A stretch of DNA of 63,760 nucleotides, counting the filler, from Choristocarpus tenellus KU-1152 (taxonomy: Eukaryota > Protista > Phaeophyceae): NCBI GenBank assembly GCA_964200185.2. It is 10 parts of 10 records of this genome, joined end to end, with 100 filler letters (N's around TTAATTAATTAA, not from the genome) between each part and the next. Parts side by side here need not be neighbours in the genome. Positions count along the whole stretch, not along the records: positions 58,153 to 61,123 come from CAXNAD020023263.1; positions 61,224 to 63,760 come from CAXNAD020026957.1; 8 more parts are not named here. One strand, written 5' to 3'. Under the pieces are notes generated by a model, which was not told the DNA's origin, did not search any database, and saw only the letters and a program-made list of their open reading frames with translations. The position numbers and the translations under genes were made by a program. Within the stretch, counting starts at the first letter, position 1. Every line of letters starts with the position of its first letter. Of this stretch, positions 59,412-63,760 are shown piece by piece.

Positions 59412-61123
59412 TACTGTAGTTGGTGCGATTCTTTTGTAGGGCGGCGGAGTGTCTTTTTTGCTTTGTCTTGCTTGGAGAGGTAGGAAGTAAGTAGTGGCTT
59501 TTGGTGGGTGCTTGCGCAGTGGTATGGAGCACTCTGTTGCTTGACTTGGGATGTTCAAGAACATTTCGGGGTGGGGGAGGGTGTGGTTTGATGTTTGCTG
59601 CTTGCTGCCGTAGTAGATGTATATCCAAAGCACGAGATTAAGGTGTTGTGATATGCCCACTGGTTTGGTTACCTCCTATGGGTTGAAGAAATGCAGCAGT
59701 AGTAACAGTTGTAGTTCGGGACGTGGACCTTGGTGTTGTTCAACAAGGAGCAAGGAGCAGTTCAATCCTGGATACATACATGGGTACTCTTGCTGCCCTG
59801 TGTGTGCATTGCTTTGTGTATTGGGCTGGGGAGGACTCCACAGCTTCTTTACTCTATGTGGTGGTGGTTGTTTTGAGGATATACCTTTTCTTAGTCCTCC
59901 TACATTGTATGCTTGCTGAGTGGTGTCTTTTAGTGGAAAAGTGAATTTTTGGGAATCGCTTGTTTATGTGTGTGTGCGTGTGCATGCGTGCGTGTGTTCT
60001 GGAGGGGAAAGAGACAGTTTTGTTTTTTTTGGCTTGCGATACTATATTTCTTTACATTCATTTTGTGAATCCATCTCCCCCCTGCCTGCCCTCCTCCCTT
60101 TGCTATACATGTTGGTGTAAAGGTGAAAATCAGTTACCACTGTGCTGCTCTGTGTATACATACATAATAATTCATACCCCCTTTTATGGTGTGTATGTCT
60201 GTGCATGTGCCTATTGCTGATTGATATGGCTTAGGGGTTGATTGCCACTATTTCTAGGAGGTGCGTACCTTGTGAGTGCTCCTCCAATGGTAACGTATTG
60301 TTGGTGGGGGGTGGGGGGGGCAGGGATTATGTGCTGAGACTGGTAAGGAGGTTGAAGAGTGTAGGAGTGATCGATATTGATGGCGTAGAGATGGGCAATG
60401 TCACTGGCTCTTAGTTGGTAGTGTGTCCAAGATTCTAGGTAGCCGATTACCTGGGTTGGGTGTGTGAAGGGCAGTAGTAGGGTAGCCAAGGAGTTGGAAA
60501 TGATGTGGGAATATTGCAGGCCGATGATAGCGTGCATATGACCTTTTTTATTTGGTTTGATTTCGTCTAGATGGTTGAATCCCACCCGCCCTATAAAATG
60601 TGAGTGTTGTACATCTTCACCAGGGTGCGTATTGGTTGTGATTGTGCCGCTTGTTGCCATGGAACTCAGTCAGCCCCCTGTTGTTGCGGAAGTTGTATTA
60701 CTTTTGATGCGTATCATTTCTTTATAAATTGCATGGCATGTATAGAACAATTAGTTCGGGACTGTGGACCTTTTTGGTTTGGAATGTTGAGTATTGGTCT
60801 TAAGTCCATGAGGTCGGGTAGGTTGAGTGGCAAAGAGAAGAGAGGAAAATTGTCGGTCTGTGTCGTTGGTGACAGGTGTGAAGGGGTGTGTTTGTTTGAT
60901 GACGAGAAAACACTGGGAATAATAATAATAATATTTTGTTATTGATCTTATTCTTATGATGAGAATCTGTTGATATCCATCAACAGATTTAAAATTTCTT
61001 ACTGGTATTACTACTGATTCCTACCACTACTATCGTGGTCTCTTCTTTCCCGTTAACAGCCGATTTCAAAAATTGAGGATGGAGCTTTTCATTGAGGATG
61101 GGCTTGACCCGAAATTGACTGGG

Positions 61124-61223
61124 NNNNNNNNNNNNNNNNNNNNNNNNNNNNNNNNNNNNNNNNNNNNTTAATTAATTAANNNNNNNNNNNNNNNNNNNNN
61201 NNNNNNNNNNNNNNNNNNNNNNN
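61124..61223. other. Artificial contig linker
   Basis: N44-TTAATTAATTAA-N44. Confidence 0.98.
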
Positions 61224-63542
61224 CCGTTCCCAACAAGTTTCTCGCAAGTTCAAACAATACCCGCCACGGGTTCCCAGCTAACGTCTTTAACTCGCTTCTG
61301 TTTCCCACCTCGCTCGGATCTATCACCAGCGTGCACCCAGCCTTCTACAAAACTACTTTTGCCATATTTCTCAAGGGTCATAAACGCGGCGTTGTCACGT
61401 GTGTGATCACTGGTCGGCCGAAACCAGTGAATATCCACCCCATGCTCCCCGTCCTCGCCGACGCGCTCCGCTAGGATCTTGCTAACCAAGAGCGGCGCCT
61501 CCGTTGCCACAAAAAAGGCAAACCTACCTTCCTGCACTGAGACTAGGTTTCCATGGTTCCCTCATGTCAATGTAGTACGAAGCCAACCCCGTTGACGGGA
61601 GCCAGGTTCTTCCTTGTCACTTTCCGATGAGGAAGAGTGTGTTTCCTCGAGCCCGCCGCGATAACTGTCACCGCTTACGAGATTATCTCCCCCACCCAAA
61701 CGTTCGCCCTGGCTGTTGTCTTCGACGTCGCCGGTGCTAGTTCCAGCACCATCGTCATCGGTGGGAAGCCAATGGACTGGGAGGTCGAAATCTCGTGCCC
61801 CTGTCTTTTGGAGAAGTCGCACAGACTCGCTTTGCTCGTGTTTTGCTCTCTGAACGGCTTCATCGTCTGTGAAGGTGGAATCCATGAGCACGAGAACATC
61901 AAACGGTATGGATGCATGAATGTTACTTTGTTACCAGGCATGAAGTTTTACGAATGTGCTCGGGGAGCATGCGGTGAGAGGGAGGGTGTATATTTCGTCG
62001 GAATCGTCTCTGTTGAGTACAAGATCGGTACCCTCAAAATATTTATGGGGAGTAATCTATGGTAATTTTTATTGTAACATGCGACGATCACTACACATGA
62101 GAATGCAATCTTTTTCAAGATTTTTTTTCTAAAGGCTGCAAAGGCTGCCTCGTACAAAAGTTGCACCTGATTTTTTTGGCTGCCACCGAATACCAAAATT
62201 AGCTATCAACTCCCCTCACGAAAAAATCAACTTACCCAGTGGGTACGCAGCAGGGAGGCACTCGTGCGACGCCTGGTACCGCTGCTCCACCTTCAGGATG
62301 ACGTCTTTGGGAACGCTCTTGAGCTGGTAGGGTGGTGCATCTTGGATACAAGGCGGGTGGCCGATGAAGAGGTCGTGCGGAGGAGCGTTGGGGTCCATAG
62401 CAAGGTCTCCGCTTATCCCACTCCATTCTGTGCTGTGCATGTATCGCTTTACGCTAACCTTCACCTGCCCATCACCGCCTTTTTCAATGCGAAAAGCCCT
62501 GTAGCTCATGATGTTGGGGACACGGTTGACGCGACCGCGAAGCAGTCCCTTGAAATTGCCCTTGTTCCGCAGGGTCTTGTAGTATACTGAAACCTCCGTG
62601 TAGGAGGCCTGCAGCTCTTCACCCAGCTGAGTTCTTGTGAATATGTTTTTGGCTTTTATTCCACGCGAGAACCTGAGGGTGAAACGCAAGCAAGTTGATT
62701 TCGAGGTCGGGGCGAAAGAAGCGAAGTGGATAAGCAGGATATATATGCAGGCACATGCTCTGATGCATGTATATGGAATAATCAATATAAAATTGGGTGA
62801 TGCGCACATTTTTTTTCATTGTTTTGTTTCGAGAGTATGTTATGAAACAGTTTTGGCAGCTGCTCTTATCGGTAAATTTTGTTGTGGGAAAATCAAAAGC
62901 CAATCGATCAATTACAGCGTACGGCCATAAACCTTCCAGTAATGCAACAAACGTGAGCTGCGAGCCTCGAGGCTGTATCTGTCCATATAAAACACTATGT
63001 GGCTATCGAACTTGCATATCTTGCCTAATTACCTGGAGAAGATCTGATCGATTTTGATGTGCGTGTGCCCCACCATCATAAAATGTATCTCGACCACATG
63101 AATGACACTCGCCGCAACCAACAGCCCAGCGTATCCGAGAAAGAAATTGTTCTTGTTCTCTGAGACACAGTTGTCGACCTGGCCAGTTTGGGGAGTTGGG
63201 AGCGAGGGAGGGATGGGCGTGAGGCCAATATGTCAGTCCATTTCGCCGCGTTTCGTGGAGGAACAGCATAGGTTTCCAGTATTGCTAGAGTGCAATCTCT
63301 ACATCACCGCCATAATACATGCAAGTTGCAAAACACAAACCAAAACTAAAGACCGTGCAGTTAGTTACTTGGTGACTGGTATTCAGCGAGTATGTGTTGA
63401 GTAGGTCGTGTCAAGATGAAACCTTCTAACCGCCAATGTGCATGCTGGACGATGCAATTCCCCGAGTCATCGAGGCTCTTGCGGTACTTGTCGATAAGCC
63501 TTGTGAGGGCAAGGTGGGTGGCTGTGCAGACAAGGTTACAAC
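61224..63542 (-). pseudogene. Intron-containing Sola-like DDD transposase pseudogene
   Basis: Exons ~63431-63542 (GCNLVCTATHLAL..HAHW), 63033-63178 (VDNCVSENKNNFFLGYAGLLV..IHFMMVGHTHIKIDQIFSR) and 62236-62672 (FSRGIKAKNIFT..). The DNCxxENKN and FxxVGHTHxxxDQxFS motifs are characteristic of Sola1-type transposases. The downstream frame ~62040-61224 is broken by in-frame stops (e.g. TGA at 61562-61564 and 61250-61252). Confidence 0.75.
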
Positions 63543-63760
63543 CTGCGCGAACAATGATGTTCAACAACTGTTGGCAAAAAGTACTCTGCTTATTTACGCA
63601 TTGTTTATTTGGACCTAAAAAGAGGAGTAATGTAATTTGTTTATGCAATGTAGAGGACATACACTCATACGGCTGATGTACATGTCTGCGATCTCCACTA
63701 CCCGTTGATTAGCTCTTACGCTACTCTACAGTACGTACCTCCTCCAAGATTGATAGGAGT

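Noticed and set aside
59102-59660. Poly-Pro / poly-Gly ORFs and G-quadruplex-like runs
   Set aside because: Long G homopolymers flank a 10-N gap and are probably low-quality sequence with unreliable run lengths.
60211-60660. 149-aa minus-strand ORF
   Set aside because: No recognisable motif or convincing splice structure; left uncalled.
11223-61223. Recurring palindromic TTAATTAATTAA motif as a biological repeat or recombination site
   Set aside because: It is always centred in exactly 44 N on each side and gives stops in all six frames, so it is a concatenation linker. Gene neighbourhoods across linkers are meaningless.
41979-61564. Stop-codon reassignment or selenocysteine suggested by in-frame TAA/TGA codons
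   Set aside because: The intact host gene models have no internal stops and SCCPDH ends in TAA. The internal stops are confined to decayed elements and one ambiguous exon.

Overview
This window is eukaryotic, not prokaryotic. It is a concatenation of 10 unrelated contigs (1-11222, 11323-22764, 22865-36455, 36556-39193, 39294-45690, 45791-50377, 50478-54157, 54258-58052, 58153-61123, 61224-63760) joined by artificial 100-nt linkers (N44-TTAATTAATTAA-N44). The genome is intron-rich and probably from a photosynthetic stramenopile, brown-alga-like (inference from short exons, long GT-AG introns, a DUF1118-like plastid gene and TTAGGG repeats). Almost all ORF-track calls are spurious, so I rebuilt genes by hand from phase-compatible exons. 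These are: SCCPDH (3' part), a COPI-associated/TVP15-like membrane protein, a signal-peptide Kelch protein, a KIX-like plus TAZ zinc-finger protein, a DUF1118/RIQ-like protein, an STI1/DP-repeat protein, glucosidase II alpha (GH31), a GT37-like fucosyltransferase and one unknown spliced gene with an apparent in-frame TAA. Mobile DNA comprises decayed MULE and Sola-like transposase genes (both with introns), two MITE families, LTR ends and a 57-bp hairpin element. The most notable signals are four. (i) Very short telomeric TTAGGG patches are scattered throughout, and one tandem duplication shows a non-telomeric stretch in one copy and a perfect telomeric patch in the other, which suggests telomerase-templated repair. 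(ii) CpG decay in repeats and CpG-rich gene 5' ends suggest CpG methylation. (iii) A hairpin element lies about 230 nt upstream of two unrelated start codons in the same orientation. (iv) A B-A-A-B MITE mirror structure sits in an intron. No CRISPR array, rRNA or complete tRNA was seen. All family calls come from motif recognition, not database searches.
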